DNA of 64,000 nucleotides, from assembly GCA_024704765.1 (NCBI GenBank), contig JAKMXF010000343.1, positions 124,001-188,000 of the forward strand. The letters are read 5' to 3'. Source of the stretch: Oopsacas minuta (taxonomy: Eukaryota > Animalia > Porifera). A program made the position numbers and the translations under genes. Below, piece after piece: positions 27,251 to 39,462 of the stretch. How positions within the stretch are numbered: position 1 is the stretch's first letter; every line of letters starts with the position of its first letter. Under the pieces are notes generated by a model, which ran no database searches, was not told the DNA's origin, and saw nothing but the letters and a program-made list of their open reading frames with translations.

Positions 27251-27832
27251 TTATTCTCTAGCATAGCTATAGCCCATTTCTTTGAATCCTCTCAGTATAA
27301 CATGACACTTGACTACAACACGACCTTGAGAACGAACACGTGTTACTTCACGTCCCGCTCCTTGAGCTATAAACGCAGGTGATAAGAACTCAGCTCTTCT
27401 ACCTAATATTGTTCCAAGTATTTCCTGGAATATGGTAGAACTCTTCGGGACAACCATTGGTATACTAAAGGAATGTTCTCCTGACTGACAAGGTAAGTGA
27501 ATAGCGCCATACCCCCTGATTACGTCACGACCCAATATATCTAGTCCATATACACTCAGAACGATTTGAGGCCAGCCAAACGGTGTTGTACTAGAGTAAG
27601 TAAGTTCTAATGGGAAATTCCATATGACTAACGGGTTGCTAAGGTATGATTTTGTATGACTTTTAGTGCTAATTTGTGTTATACCCTCTGATAGCCCTGA
27701 TAATAGTGTCCAGTCTTGTCCCTGATTGAATGAATATTTGCAGTAAAGAGAATCAAATTCGAAAAAGTCTCCCGACTGTATTTCACCAGATAAGGTATAA
27801 AGGAATGTTGTAGCTAAGGAATCTTCTGCCAT
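27251..27832 (-). CDS. B9D1: B9 domain-containing protein 1 (ciliary transition zone)
   Basis: LYCKYSF..GQDW, WNFPLE..STTPFGWPQIVLSVYG.D..GRDVIRGYGA.HLP, GAGREVTRVRSQG. Confidence 0.92.
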   Translation of the reverse strand: MAEDSLATTFLYTLSGEIQSGDFFEFDSLYCKYSFNQGQDWTLLSGLSEGITQISTKSHTKSYLSNPLVIWNFPLELTYSSTTPFGWPQIVLSVYGLDILGRDVIRGYGAIHLPCQSGEHSFSIPMVVPKSSTIFQEILGTILGRRAEFLSPAFIAQGAGREVTRVRSQGRVVVKCHVILRGFKEMGYSYARE

Positions 27833-29053
27833 GAAAGTGTAGAGCTTTCAAATAATTGTTTTTGTTAAGTTAAATAGAGAAAATAATGGGCAAATGGTAT
27901 GTATACGTCGTTAATCGAGCCAACACCTTGTATGGCCGTAATGGGGTCAAAATGGCCTGTCCCACGAATATAAATTTAACAGAATTGACAGGTTCTTTCG
28001 ATAACATATACGAATATATTCTAGCAATTCGTTACTATTCTTCCAGCTGTATACAAACTATAGCTTCAAAAGCTCAGTTATATTCTTAACACAGATTCCC
28101 GAGCTTCTCTGTAGTATTCAATATTTCTATTGAATCATTTTATGTATTACAAAACAATTATGAATTATTTGTCTCACTTATTGGTTTCTGATATTGTATC
28201 CTAAGTTCTAAGGTAGCGGCTGTAATGTGCCTTATAACACAATTAAGGTAATTGTATTATAAGGAAAATTACAGCCTACACAAACGGGACTGTGGAAACG
28301 GAGTAAAAATGAATAGAATGAATTCCTCTTGCCATACAAATGAACTTCTATAAACGGGGTATCATCTTCGGCGTCCCTGGCACCACATCTGTGGAGGTTA
28401 CACTGTAGTCCACATAATTGTTCAGATCCATATTTGCCCAATTGTCCCGGATTTGCAACTATTCTCCATTTTTGTTGTTTGTTGTTGTTGTTGTTACATG
28501 AATTTTAGTTTCATATCAAAATACTAATTAATACTTCTCTAACTTCCTATACAAATTAACTGCCGTGATTAATCCAAAGGGTTTCCATCGTACAAACCTG
28601 GACATTACAGTTATAACATACGAATAAATATAGCACTGATATATCTCATCGAATAATTTTAGTGAAAAAGAGTTTACTTCCCATCTGTAAACTCACCAAA
28701 ATTACACCACAATTCTACGATATACAAACAGATGCGGAAAGACGTATTTTTACAAAATATTTGTAGATTTTCTTTCTAACGGTTAATTAAGCTTCTTAAG
28801 AGAAATACGGTCGGAACACCTGATACAAATGATAACAGACATATATATTTTCTACTGTATTATTGAACTCAAAGCCCTATCAGGATATTCTATAGTTTAA
28901 AAGTATTCTAACGAGGTTAGTCATGGGGGATAAGGTAATACTGCTGTCATAGATTCGTATATAATTGTATTAGTTGCATATTAGTTACGAAATGCAATAG
29001 TTCGAGTGGATAAGGTGTTTAGCTGCGGCAGGTGTTACCTGACTGTTGGAATG

Positions 29054-29179
29054 CAGTCGAATCTCGTTATATTAAGCTCAAGGGATCGCGATAATTACTT
29101 CGAGATAACCAATGGAATTATGTTACTTTGATGGTTTGGGACCATATTTATACAAATTCACACTCCGATATAGTGACTG
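29054..29179. mobile_element. MITE family A
   Basis: CAGTCGAATCTCGTTATATTAAGCTCAAGGGATCGCGATAATTACTTCG..GGACCATATT. Confidence 0.7.
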
Positions 29180-30021
29180 TATTATCAAAGCTCTGAATAT
29201 AATAGGATAGTTTTTAAATTACAAATTTCCAGAAATTTGGTTGTGTCAAGTTGTTTAAAATAGTGAGAAACTAATTTTCACTCCCAAATATTCCACAATT
29301 CCTATTGATATCAAACTTGTAGCAAATAGCCACTTGAATTAGATCAGAGTACTTATCATATACAATATTTCAAAAGTGAGGCCTTCTCTATCATTGCAAT
29401 ATCGTTTATGAAATTAGTAACAATATAATTCAATAGATAATAATGCCTAAGATTCTGTTACACGACATCTCGTATTTAGGTTAATTCTAGAAATTATATG
29501 TTTGAGATGCATAATGGACGTCACTTTAAGTTTATTCTAGGCAATGAATGCCCAAAGCACATTCGAGGGGCCCTCGATTTTAGGTACAATTCCACGTATA
29601 TTTTCAGAGAGTTTTCGCTTACTACGTCACGAATTAACTAATAATATTACAGCATATAGTGTATTTAGTGTAAGCTGGCTTTCCAACAAACAAGACTGTA
29701 TGTGTAGTGAAAACTTAGTTAAACTATTCGAAGCTTATTATTGACTGTAATGAAGTTATAATCGACATCTGGACATTTAGATGTATGCCATCGACTAGTT
29801 CAGGATAAATAGAGCAGAAAATAAGATACGAATTAATCGGTTGGAATAATAGATGCGATTTTAAGTTGATATGATGGAGAATAATACAATTCATAGTGCG
29901 GAGACAGGTAAATATTTGTTGTTTGTTAAAGTTGTTTATTTGATCGGAAATTTGTTGTTTGTTATACAGAAGAAATTCATTCGGGATAATGAGATAAATT
30001 GCGGCCCCCTCCGTATACGTA

Positions 30022-30182
30022 CAGTCAACTCCTGTTATATCTAAGCTCAATGGATCATGATAATTATTTCGAAAGCACCGATGGAATATATGTTTCTTTG
30101 ACGGTTTGGTACCATATTTGTAGAATTTCAGACTTCTATATAAGTGGATCGTGGATATTTCCGATATAACGGGAGGTGACTG
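30022..30182. mobile_element. MITE family A, near full length
   Basis: TA|CAGTCAACTCCTGTTATATC ... GATATAACGGGAGGTGACTG|TA. Confidence 0.85.
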
Positions 30183-30358
30183 TACTTAAAAGAGTATGCT
30201 ATATTGTAAAATTGTGACAATTCAAAAGGGTGAAAATTTTCGAAAAATGTATGCATTAATATATGCTATTTGTCATATGATGTTTTTTCGCATTTCCCGA
30301 AATTTATATATCCCATTCTCAATCTCTAGAACCAGATCACTCCCTGAATGGAGGATTC

Positions 30359-31321
30359 ATGTCTCAATACATCCCTCTACTCTACAAATACGATGCGAGT
30401 CTGAAACACAAAATATATGTTTGGAATGGTTCACTTCTCTTCGACATAGCTCTATTCTTTTTAGTATACTTATATTCACAGAGACTGAAAACATTCAAGG
30501 CCCTGCCCAATAAGCATAAAGTCTTTTGGTGTCTAACCGGTGTACGGGCTATTTTCGGCATCCACACGGTGATTTTCTGTGGATTAACTGCCCTTAAAGA
30601 TTCTGAATTATACAATGACAAAGTGTTTGGCAGGACATTATCCAGTGATTTCTTTATAGCGCGGATAGTTGGCTTTTTCATATTCGAATGTATGTTTCTA
30701 TTCATGTCAGATATCGTGTTTAAAACGCTCAACAAAGGGCTGGCTATCCACCATACTTTGAGTCTTTTAGGCTTCGCTGTGGGCTCGTACATCAACCAAG
30801 GACATTTCTTCGGTATAGTCGGAATAATAATGGAAATGTCGACACCAGCAACGTCGATTTGTTGGATGCTAATCCAAGCCAAACTTTCAAAACATTATTT
30901 CTGGAAAATTAACCAACATATCCTTATCTACCTCTTCAATACGAGACAGAATCTCGGTTTCTATGCCATTTACCATATATGGGCACAATGGAGTTACATA
31001 CACGCTAATATGAACGGGTATTTCCAATGGTTAATATTGGCAAACTCCCTGATTGTAACTCTAATTTTAAACCCGTATTGGACGTATAAGAAAACTGTAC
31101 AATTGTACAGTGGGGAGGATTGGAATTTCACACCTTTAGCCAAGCCAAAAGCGAGTGCTTTCCCAATAATAGCAACAGGAAAGGAAGATATGAGTGAAGA
31201 ATTGGAAACTTTCAAAAGTGGTGATTCGTATGAAGTAACAAAAATCTCAAAAGGTGTGAATACAAACGGAATAATTCGTGGTGTAGTCCCTAATGAAGCT
31301 GTAAGGAATAGAATGAAATAA
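30359..31321 (+). CDS. CLN8: CLN8-like TLC-domain ER membrane protein
   Basis: VGFFIFE, AIHHTLSLLG, MEMSTP..SICWML.QA....FWKINQ..IYLF, LNPYWTYKKT.QL....DWN. Confidence 0.85.
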   Translation: MSQYIPLLYKYDASLKHKIYVWNGSLLFDIALFFLVYLYSQRLKTFKALPNKHKVFWCLTGVRAIFGIHTVIFCGLTALKDSELYNDKVFGRTLSSDFFIARIVGFFIFECMFLFMSDIVFKTLNKGLAIHHTLSLLGFAVGSYINQGHFFGIVGIIMEMSTPATSICWMLIQAKLSKHYFWKINQHILIYLFNTRQNLGFYAIYHIWAQWSYIHANMNGYFQWLILANSLIVTLILNPYWTYKKTVQLYSGEDWNFTPLAKPKASAFPIIATGKEDMSEELETFKSGDSYEVTKISKGVNTNGIIRGVVPNEAVRNRMK

Positions 31322-31606
31322 GTTTAATATTCAGAAATTGTCAGTTTGTGTGATAATTATATACTTTAATTCATTCTGTAATATTTGGTAATTATATTTT
31401 GCACATCATAACTACACTATACAGGGCTTTAACTTGTGACTTTGAACGCTCCTTACAATCACTCGATGTTACAATGTATGCCGGTTATAAGAACATGTAT
31501 TCCCCTCTCAAGGGTGTTCTTATAACCAGTATACACTGTAAATAAAAATCTCTATAGCTCTCGTATAGTTTCCCTCATTAACTGAATTACTGAATATTAG
31601 CTTGTA

Positions 31607-34600
31607 ATGACTACTGTAATAGAGATTTCTAAACTAGGAGAAATCCTAAGAAAGGAATCTCTCCCAATGAAAGCGAGAAACAGAGCATTATTCGGGCTAC
31701 GAGCTGTTACAGATATAGAATTGAGTAAGCTAGCAATTCAGGAAATAAATTCAACTTTCAAAGATAACTCAGCTCTATTGAAACATGAATGTGCTTACTG
31801 TCTCGGGCAAATGACGTCACGTAATGCTGTACCGTTATTGATAGATGTATTACATGACGTAGGACAGGAAGTTATTGTCAGACACGAAGCTGGAGAAGCT
31901 CTAGGTTAATAAAGATAATAAATATAGTTTATTTGCATCTAGGACATTCCTATGGTACATAACAATAACAAGGTAGCCTCATAAGATCAGCTGGCTAATT
32001 ATTTTAGATTTATCGGATTTCTTCTTTTAATGAAAATATATTTTTGCATAGAACTTGGTTGGGTTTACTGTTTTTGCAGCTTTTTTGGCTTTTGATGCAT
32101 ACTTTCGATTCTTAACACTGGCACGTCTAAATAACAGAAACTTATATTTTTGAAAACATACAAATATTTTGTGAGTGATTAACTACAGCCAATTCCCGTT
32201 ATATCGAAGCAGATAATTACTTCGATATCACCGATGGAGTATATGTGTCTTTGATGGTTTGGGGCCATATTTGTACAATTTTAGAATCCGATATAGGCGG
32301 GTATTTGGATATATCCGTGTTCTATATAACGGGAGCTGATTGGGATTTTCTTAAATTTCATCTTTGCACACTCACATTCGCATACGACCGGCAAAATGTG
32401 TCTCTGTTATAAAACTGAATTCACTCATATATGCATATACAGGTGCTATTGGAGACCCTACAGCTATTGAGCATTTACAGAAACACATAACAGATACAAG
32501 CAAACCACTCAGTGAGACTTGTATTATTGCAATAGATAGAATTAATTTCTATCAGAAGCAAAAAACTGAGAAAATAGAATTTAAAGACAATAACCCATTC
32601 CTATCAGTGGACCCAGCGCCTCCTTGGCTAGAGGGGAATTGTGAAAAATGGAGAGAGACACTTCTAGACGCGAATCAGACACTTTTTGATAGATATAGAA
32701 GTTTATTTTCACTGAGAAATGAAGGAACAGATAGCTGTGTTCTGGCTATTTGTGAAGCATTCAATGATAAGAGTATATTATTGAGACACGAGGTAATGTA
32801 TGGCAAACTTAAATGACCAGTTACATGGCAGTAGAACTCGAATAGGGTGTACCCTTTGGGGGTGAAAATAGTAAGTACTATCCGAGTTCTATTGTACTTC
32901 CATAAGAAATCCTCCCAAAAATAAAAATATAGGATAGTGCGTATATTTCACGCGAAAGCCGGCGATCATGTCGGGGAGGGCGAATGAGTCCAATTGATCC
33001 TCAATAACTTTAGAATCGACAATTCGTTGTTGGAGATTTCTCCATAACAACAACCTCTAATACAAGAATGTATAATTGTCCGATAAAGTAGGAAACATTA
33101 CAAATAATAGCCATATATAGTATGCATAGGTGTTCATGACTAGTGACTAATAAATGGAAAGGATGTAATTAGTTTATATTAATTAGATTTGTGGTTGAAT
33201 CCCGACAGCATATATCATATAACACACAGCTATTAGCCAGTAGGAACTCCATATAACATACATATATGATATTATTGAAAGATATTTGAATAGTAAATAT
33301 GCGTCAAGGAAAAGTTGGAGAATTGCTATGGCACGAAAATTACGAGAATAGGAAAACTCCAATACTCAAAAAAGGGAAAATGGGTGACCGTGAAAATGAA
33401 CTGAGCTTGCCAGAGGCTATGGATATTGACTTAGAAACTGGAAATATATATATCACAGATTTGGTAAAAGCACATTTAAAAGTATTTAACGAAGATGGCG
33501 AACATTTATACAATTTCTCACGAAAATTGTGTCAAAATGAAAAATCAATTCCACCATTCTGTGTTGCTATTTGTAGCAGTATCGTATATGTTAGCAATTG
33601 TACTGAAAATTGTATTTCAATATTTAATACAGAAGGATATTTCCTGACAGAATTCGGAAAGAAAGGTACTGCTTTAGGAGATCTGACATCACCTTATAGT
33701 TTGGCGGTTCGTGAGACAGATCAAGACTTATTTGTGTGTGAATTCGAGTCGAATCAACGCGTGCAAATATTCTCAAACAGTTGCCCATACTTTTCACAAA
33801 TAAAGAACAAACATTCACCAAGATTCGTACGTGTAACACGTGACAACATATTTGTTTTATATAAAAACAATCCTTGTTTGTATAAATACAATAACAAATA
33901 TGAATTATTAGATAAACCCATTCTTACACAATCACTAGGAAAGAATAAACAATCACAAACTCCATCAAGTTTCTGTGTAGACAAATTTAATAACATTTTA
34001 ATCGCAGATTGGGGGACGAATCTTATCTCAATTTTCAACCAAAAAAGTCAATTAATTTCTACTATTAGTAATGATATAGAATGTCCAGAGGCTGTTGCTA
34101 CCGATAATAAAGGAAATATTGTCCTGGTGTCTTTCAGGGAAGAGTTTTGTATACAAAAATTCTGAATTTGTATATTAATTTGTGTTTTTGTATATATTTA
34201 TGAAATATAAAAATTATTGAATTTCTTCCAATTTTAATTACAGTCAACTCTCGTCTTATCTAAGCTCAAGGAACCGCGATAATTACTTCGATATAACCGA
34301 ATAAAATTGACAGTTTGGGACCATATTCGCATAATTACATACTTCGATATATCCGCGTTTGAGATAACGGGAGTTCACTGTAGTGCAATAATAGTATTTG
34401 CAAATCAGTGCAATCTTCCTGCTCAAGTACAACCATCCAAACAACAATTTGACATATAATCTCTATTTATAGATAGCCTACGTATTAGGACAGCTACAAA
34501 ACAAACTATCAATCCCAGCCTTACAATCCCATCTCTCAGATCTTACAGAGAACTACATGGTAAGACATGAGAGCGCTGAGGCATTAGGTTCTATTGCAGA

Positions 34601-34727
34601 CCTTCAGTGTAGAGAAATACTCACAGCTTATTTACAAGATTCAGATCAGTGTGTTAGAGAATCTTGTGAAGTAGCATTAGATATTAGTGATTATGTAACA
34701 AGTGGAGAGCTTAGTTATGCAAATTAG
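31607..34727 (+). CDS. DOHH: Deoxyhypusine hydroxylase, 3 exons (31607-31904, 32443-32792, 34473-34727)
   Basis: RALFGLR, LLKHECAYCLGQ, VRHEAGEALGAIG, LLRHE|IAYVLGQ, MVRHESAEALGSIA, VRESCEVALD: four HE motifs of the HEAT-like repeats, spliced in frame. Confidence 0.92.
33299..34165 (+). CDS. NHL-repeat beta-propeller protein nested in DOHH intron 2
   Basis: LSLPEAMDID..GNIYITD, FGKKGTALGDLTSPYSLAV, RVQIF, PSSFCVDKFNNILIADW, PEAVATDNKGNIVLV; lies within intron 32793-34472. Confidence 0.8.
   Translation: MRQGKVGELLWHENYENRKTPILKKGKMGDRENELSLPEAMDIDLETGNIYITDLVKAHLKVFNEDGEHLYNFSRKLCQNEKSIPPFCVAICSSIVYVSNCTENCISIFNTEGYFLTEFGKKGTALGDLTSPYSLAVRETDQDLFVCEFESNQRVQIFSNSCPYFSQIKNKHSPRFVRVTRDNIFVLYKNNPCLYKYNNKYELLDKPILTQSLGKNKQSQTPSSFCVDKFNNILIADWGTNLISIFNQKSQLISTISNDIECPEAVATDNKGNIVLVSFREEFCIQKF
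34241..34380. mobile_element. MITE family A in DOHH intron 2 (another copy in intron 1 at 32186-32343)
   Basis: TA|CAGTCAACTC...GGGAGTTCACTG|TA. Confidence 0.85.
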
Positions 34728-35299
34728 ATGTGTATATTGGATGATTGTTAGACGGATAGGTATTTATTTGGAGTAGAAAAAGTATTCCCAGTTTCTCGAA
34801 GCCCTCTGGCAAAAATGGAATTTCCTATACAATTTGTATTATAACAAGGGAATTTGTACGAATGTTCTTGCGCTTAGATCTCTACTATAAAAGCAGAAAT
34901 TAATAAACCTGTAGCAAGGAGCTTACGTCTGGATAAAATATTATATTTGAATGAAAATCAAAGATTATGAAATGTAATTAAAACACAGTGAAAATTGATC
35001 GGCATTTGTACGTCCAGAATTCTACAAATACAAATCGCCCATAACAGTATAACAGCCACAAACGGGAGGACAGAACGCCGAAAAATGCTACCTCGTTTCC
35101 CGTTTGTGTAGGTTCATTTGTATGGGACAATTCGCTCTATACATTTCACACCGTTTCCCAGAAGTTCCCTGTTTCCACAGGCCCGATTATGGAGGGTTAC
35201 ACCGTATTATCCACTCGTTTATAGCTCTACATATAATATAAATTATACAAGTTTATCCAATAGTGTTAATAATAAATTCTACATCCATAACCTTCAAAT

Positions 35300-35731
35300 T
35301 CAAGCAATACTAAGGCTAGAAATGAAACAATTCAGTTTCTTAGTAAACAAGCTAGACTCTATACTAACTCCTTTAATATCACAGAATGGATTTTTAACAA
35401 CATACTGTACATAATAGCCAGTATATATTTCCTTCAATATCTCATGTACTTTACCTGTATCTGCTTGTAAGTCAGTATTGAGAATGAATTTCAATTTGGA
35501 TTGAGTTTCATAAAAATGGAGACGATTTTTGTTCGTCGCAAAAGATCCGAATTGATTATCAACATCGATCGGGGAAAGACGGTTTATAAGAGATTTTATT
35601 GAAAATATCATTCCATACATTAGTTTGAATTCTTCCACCTGTGATACGTTAGAATCTCCACTTCTTTCCCATTGCCAATAGTAAATACATTGACCATCAC
35701 AATTGAAGATGTAAATGTTGTAGACTGTCAT
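35300..35731 (-). CDS. TRAPPC1: TRAPP complex subunit 1 (Bet5)
   Basis: MTVYNIYIFN..G.CIYY..W, EEFKLMYGMIFSIKS...RLSP, LHFYET..KLKFILNTD, YVQYVVKNP. Confidence 0.92.
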   Translation of the reverse strand: MTVYNIYIFNCDGQCIYYWQWERSGDSNVSQVEEFKLMYGMIFSIKSLINRLSPIDVDNQFGSFATNKNRLHFYETQSKLKFILNTDLQADTGKVHEILKEIYTGYYVQYVVKNPFCDIKGVSIESSLFTKKLNCFISSLSIA

Positions 35732-35896
35732 CAGAGCTAATTTATTAATTTATAGACTTGTAGTGACAGCATAATCAAAGAGAAATGTTTATTACAAAGT
35801 TGACTAATAAAAAATTGGCATCTAATACATTTAAAATATACCGAAGAAGTGCAAAGATTTGTGATATGTATTAGTTCATAGGGATCTGTTTAATTA

Positions 35897-35994
35897 CAGT
35901 CAACTCTTGTTATATTGAACACGGATATATCGATACCCGTTTGTAGCGAAGTAATTATCGTGGTCCCTTGGGACGATACAACAGGAGTCGACTG
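35897..35994. mobile_element. MITE family A, internally deleted
   Basis: TA|CAGTCAACTCTTG...CAGGAGTCGACTG|TA. Confidence 0.8.
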
Positions 35995-36237
35995 TAATCG
36001 GTGGTTCGCGAAGAATCACAATAACAGATTATCTATCAGGGCAATATATCGAACCCTAACTTCTTTCCATAAACAAATATATCAAAACGAATAAATTTGA
36101 AATCAAATTAGACAAGCTTACATATAATCTGCATGCAAGATATTTTTGATTTCTATCTTTGCAATTATTCAAAATATGTAAATACAATATACTAATTTCA
36201 AAATACACACAATTCTCCTATCGAAGTATCTCCCATA

Positions 36238-37479
36238 TTAATTTTTATATCTATCATCTGTATATCTATCTTTCCCTCTATATTCCCTATGTCTAGGTTT
36301 GTAATTATCATAATTATTATCATATTGATTACTGTCTCTATCTTGTTGGTAAGATGGTCGATATTCTGACTGATAATTTCTTTGATTCTTGTTCCTTTCT
36401 TGCTTATACGTCCTTCTAGGTTTATATCTGTAATCATTGCTGGCGTAATAATTGTAGTTATCTCTTGAGTATGATTTTTTGGGAGAAGTTTGTTTTGTTT
36501 TGGTGTTTGCTGTTGTTTGTTTTATTGCTTCATGTTGTGGATCAATTGGCTGTACTTTCTCTTCATCTTTAATTTCTGTAAATATAAATGGGGCATCATT
36601 TACGGGGGTTTTTGCTATTTCTTCTGGCTGGTCAATTTCAGGTTCTTCAACTTTCTCTGGAGAAGGGGGCCTCCATGCTGTGTCCATATCGAACCTAGCA
36701 GCTTCTTCCTTCAAGTCGATAATCCCGCCGGCGGCCATTTGTTTCTGGAACAGCTCCGCTCGCTTTGCTTGCTCGTCTCGCATTGTTTTTGTAAGTTTAA
36801 ATACAGGAACTGAAGCCTGAGAATTGAAGAAACTATCTGGGTGTATTTCCTTAATATCTTCCATACATTGTGAGTCAGCTGATATTATTTCGCGACATAC
36901 CGGGCATTCCAACTGCATTCCATTCTTCTTCAACCCAGCAACCTGATCTTCCATCTCTACCTCACGTATCCTCTCCAGCTCGATCTGGACATAACTCGCG
37001 AAACATGCCAAATGCAGGTAATGAAAACAATTAGTTTTCGTATACTCGTTTTCTGCATCAAATTCACACATACAAACGCAACAAGCTTCCGACGGTTTAT
37101 TCTGTTCGGTTAAATAAACTTTCAATTGCTCAATCACTTCATAGAGCATTGAATGCCCGATTTTAGTCTCAGAAACTTGTCTCGCTTCGGCAAGCAGGTT
37201 ATTAAGAATCTCATCGCTTAATCCACGTGAATTTACCGTGGACCAAATGGGTGATACAGCTGGGTAATCGATTGGAATTACAACTTTAAGTTTTACGAAT
37301 ACAAACTGTTTTGTTTTATCATCAGCTGTGCTGGGTTCTAAATTAAGAAAAAGTATTTTCTCATTTTGGGGAGTGTTTACATCCGAAATTTGGAGTTCTT
37401 CGAAAAATACAGCGCTTAAGAAATCTATTTCATCTTCAAGACAAGTGCTCTCCATACGGGTGAATGGTTTATCTGCCAT
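36238..37479 (-). CDS. RNF25: RWD-RING E3 ligase RNF25-like
   Basis: Likely start MADKPF; RWD (EDEIDFLSAVF, STADD..QFV...L....DYP..SP, RGLSD) and RING-H2 CCVC..CFHYLHLACF..CPVCR; low-complexity R/Y/D/N tail. Confidence 0.85.
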   Translation of the reverse strand: MADKPFTRMESTCLEDEIDFLSAVFFEELQISDVNTPQNEKILFLNLEPSTADDKTKQFVFVKLKVVIPIDYPAVSPIWSTVNSRGLSDEILNNLLAEARQVSETKIGHSMLYEVIEQLKVYLTEQNKPSEACCVCMCEFDAENEYTKTNCFHYLHLACFASYVQIELERIREVEMEDQVAGLKKNGMQLECPVCREIISADSQCMEDIKEIHPDSFFNSQASVPVFKLTKTMRDEQAKRAELFQKQMAAGGIIDLKEEAARFDMDTAWRPPSPEKVEEPEIDQPEEIAKTPVNDAPFIFTEIKDEEKVQPIDPQHEAIKQTTANTKTKQTSPKKSYSRDNYNYYASNDYRYKPRRTYKQERNKNQRNYQSEYRPSYQQDRDSNQYDNNYDNYKPRHREYRGKDRYTDDRYKN

Positions 37480-37977
37480 TTTAACTAAACAGTGGATTCG
37501 AAACAGAATACAATGGAATTCGCCTATTAGCATATCGTATTTTGCATGTATTTCCTTACTAATAGGCGGATGTGCTATTAGACAAATTGCTAATAGGTAA
37601 ACAGTACTGAATACAGTTTTTTCGCTTTGAAAAAGAGTGTTCTATAGCCCCAAACGATTGGAGCATACCAAACATATATATGCGTAACTATGGAAAGCAA
37701 AGGAGAATATATCCAAAAACACCCTGAACCAGGTAATTGGGGAGAACTCAAAAAAATTCGTTATACCTGCTCAGAATCTGCTCAAAACCCTTTGAAATAT
37801 ATTAATTTGAAGCCAAGGATTATCAATTACAACCATTTACCATTATATAAAGGTATTGCATTACTTAATGAACTATAGTGCCACAATACGATTACCATTT
37901 GATTAATATTTCTGTTGTTAAGACTGTATGTATCTTGTTTGTTTACAAATATAGCTGTAATAGTAATAAACAAACAA

Positions 37978-39123
37978 ATGAGTCAAGAAACAGATCTAAC
38001 AAATGAATTCAAACCAACAAGAAAATTCAAAATATTCGGCGGACGCAATCAAATCCTTTGCAATGGCCGTTGTATGACGTCACACCAGCCAGCAGTATTA
38101 ATTATGACATTCTTTCTACTCATAATCGTTGCTATCCTATTTTTCTCATTCGATGCACGGTATTTAGCAATACGCCTGAACCCTGTTATAGTTATACCTC
38201 CGATAATATCAATAGCGTATATGGTTATATTTTTGTTAAAATCCGCATGTATTGACCCGGGAATTATTCCAAAACCAATGCCAGACGAAATTGTCTATTT
38301 CGAACTGAAGAATCCACCTCCACCGAAGGGACACAGTCCCCAATGGGCCACAGAATATTTCGGCAACGAAATTACTCTGAAACAATGCACAACTTGTAAA
38401 TTATACAAACCACCTCGTACCAGCCACTGTTCCACGTGTAATGTTTGTATTGAGAATTTCGATCATCATTGCCCGTGGGTTGGAAATTGTGTCGCCAAGC
38501 GGAATTATCGTTATTTCTATCTATTCGGCTTTACAACATTATTCACATGCATATACGTTTCAGGTTGTAACATCCTGAACGTTGTTTTGACAGCTACGGA
38601 CCCCGGGAATGGTATATTAGATGGTCTTAAAGTCGCGGCAGCCAGCCTCGTCCAATTTGCTATTACAGGATTTGTCTTATGGAGTTTGATCGGCCTTGTA
38701 GGCTACCACACGTTACTAATAGCACAAGCTAAAACCACAAATGAAGCTATAAAGAAAACTTACCGTAACCGACGTAATCCATATTGTCATGCAAATATAT
38801 TCGTGAATTTTTGTAATATATTGTGTGGCCCGTTTTTCCCAAGTTTGTTAGCGAATCGTAAGTTTTTAACACCAGAGGAATTTGAATTCTATTATGGGCG
38901 AGGTGTGAAAACGTATGGTATGCAAAATCCGTTTCTACTTATGATGAAACCGCCAACTGTGGAGAATCTAATCCCTGAAGCTTATCCAAGGCAGGAACCT
39001 ACACAACCGGTTGAATCAAGTGACGAGAACAATGATACGACTAATGAGGTTAAGCCGTTGACAGCTAGCAAACTACTGAGCTCTGCTACACCACTATTGG
39101 ATGATACCATTGTTTCTAGTTAG
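37978..39123 (+). CDS. DHHC palmitoyltransferase, ZDHHC9/14/18 (Erf2) subfamily
   Basis: GRNQILCNGR, DPGIIPK, KQCTTCKLYKPPRTSHCSTCNVCIENFDHHCPWVGNCVAKRNYRYF, TTNE. Confidence 0.92.
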   Translation: MSQETDLTNEFKPTRKFKIFGGRNQILCNGRCMTSHQPAVLIMTFFLLIIVAILFFSFDARYLAIRLNPVIVIPPIISIAYMVIFLLKSACIDPGIIPKPMPDEIVYFELKNPPPPKGHSPQWATEYFGNEITLKQCTTCKLYKPPRTSHCSTCNVCIENFDHHCPWVGNCVAKRNYRYFYLFGFTTLFTCIYVSGCNILNVVLTATDPGNGILDGLKVAAASLVQFAITGFVLWSLIGLVGYHTLLIAQAKTTNEAIKKTYRNRRNPYCHANIFVNFCNILCGPFFPSLLANRKFLTPEEFEFYYGRGVKTYGMQNPFLLMMKPPTVENLIPEAYPRQEPTQPVESSDENNDTTNEVKPLTASKLLSSATPLLDDTIVSS

Positions 39124-39462
39124 GAATACTGTTTATTTTATCAGAGTATGCGAAGTAATTGCTTTCATATGTATTATAATGAATAGTGTATTAAAATATT
39201 TATGCTGGAGGGGCATTGGATCGGTTCCAAGAGGGGTGAAAAAGAGTGGAGGAATGAGGGGTAAATGCTAGCTACGGGTCTGGCTATAATCCCCAGAAAA
39301 GACATAAAAACAAATAGTTTAATAAACAAAACTTTACAATATAAGAAGTATAAAAATAGGAAATAAATATATTAGAATGAAAGAGTTGGTAAATACAAAT
39401 ATAAGAAATATAATAGTTCTCTAATCACTAAGTATAAATATAGTTTAAGGGATCGGGTCACT

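Noticed and set aside
28410-30020. Long gene-free interval with short ORFs (29544-29744, 29724-30050)
   Set aside because: Low-complexity, AT-rich translations with no recognisable motif; contains MITEs
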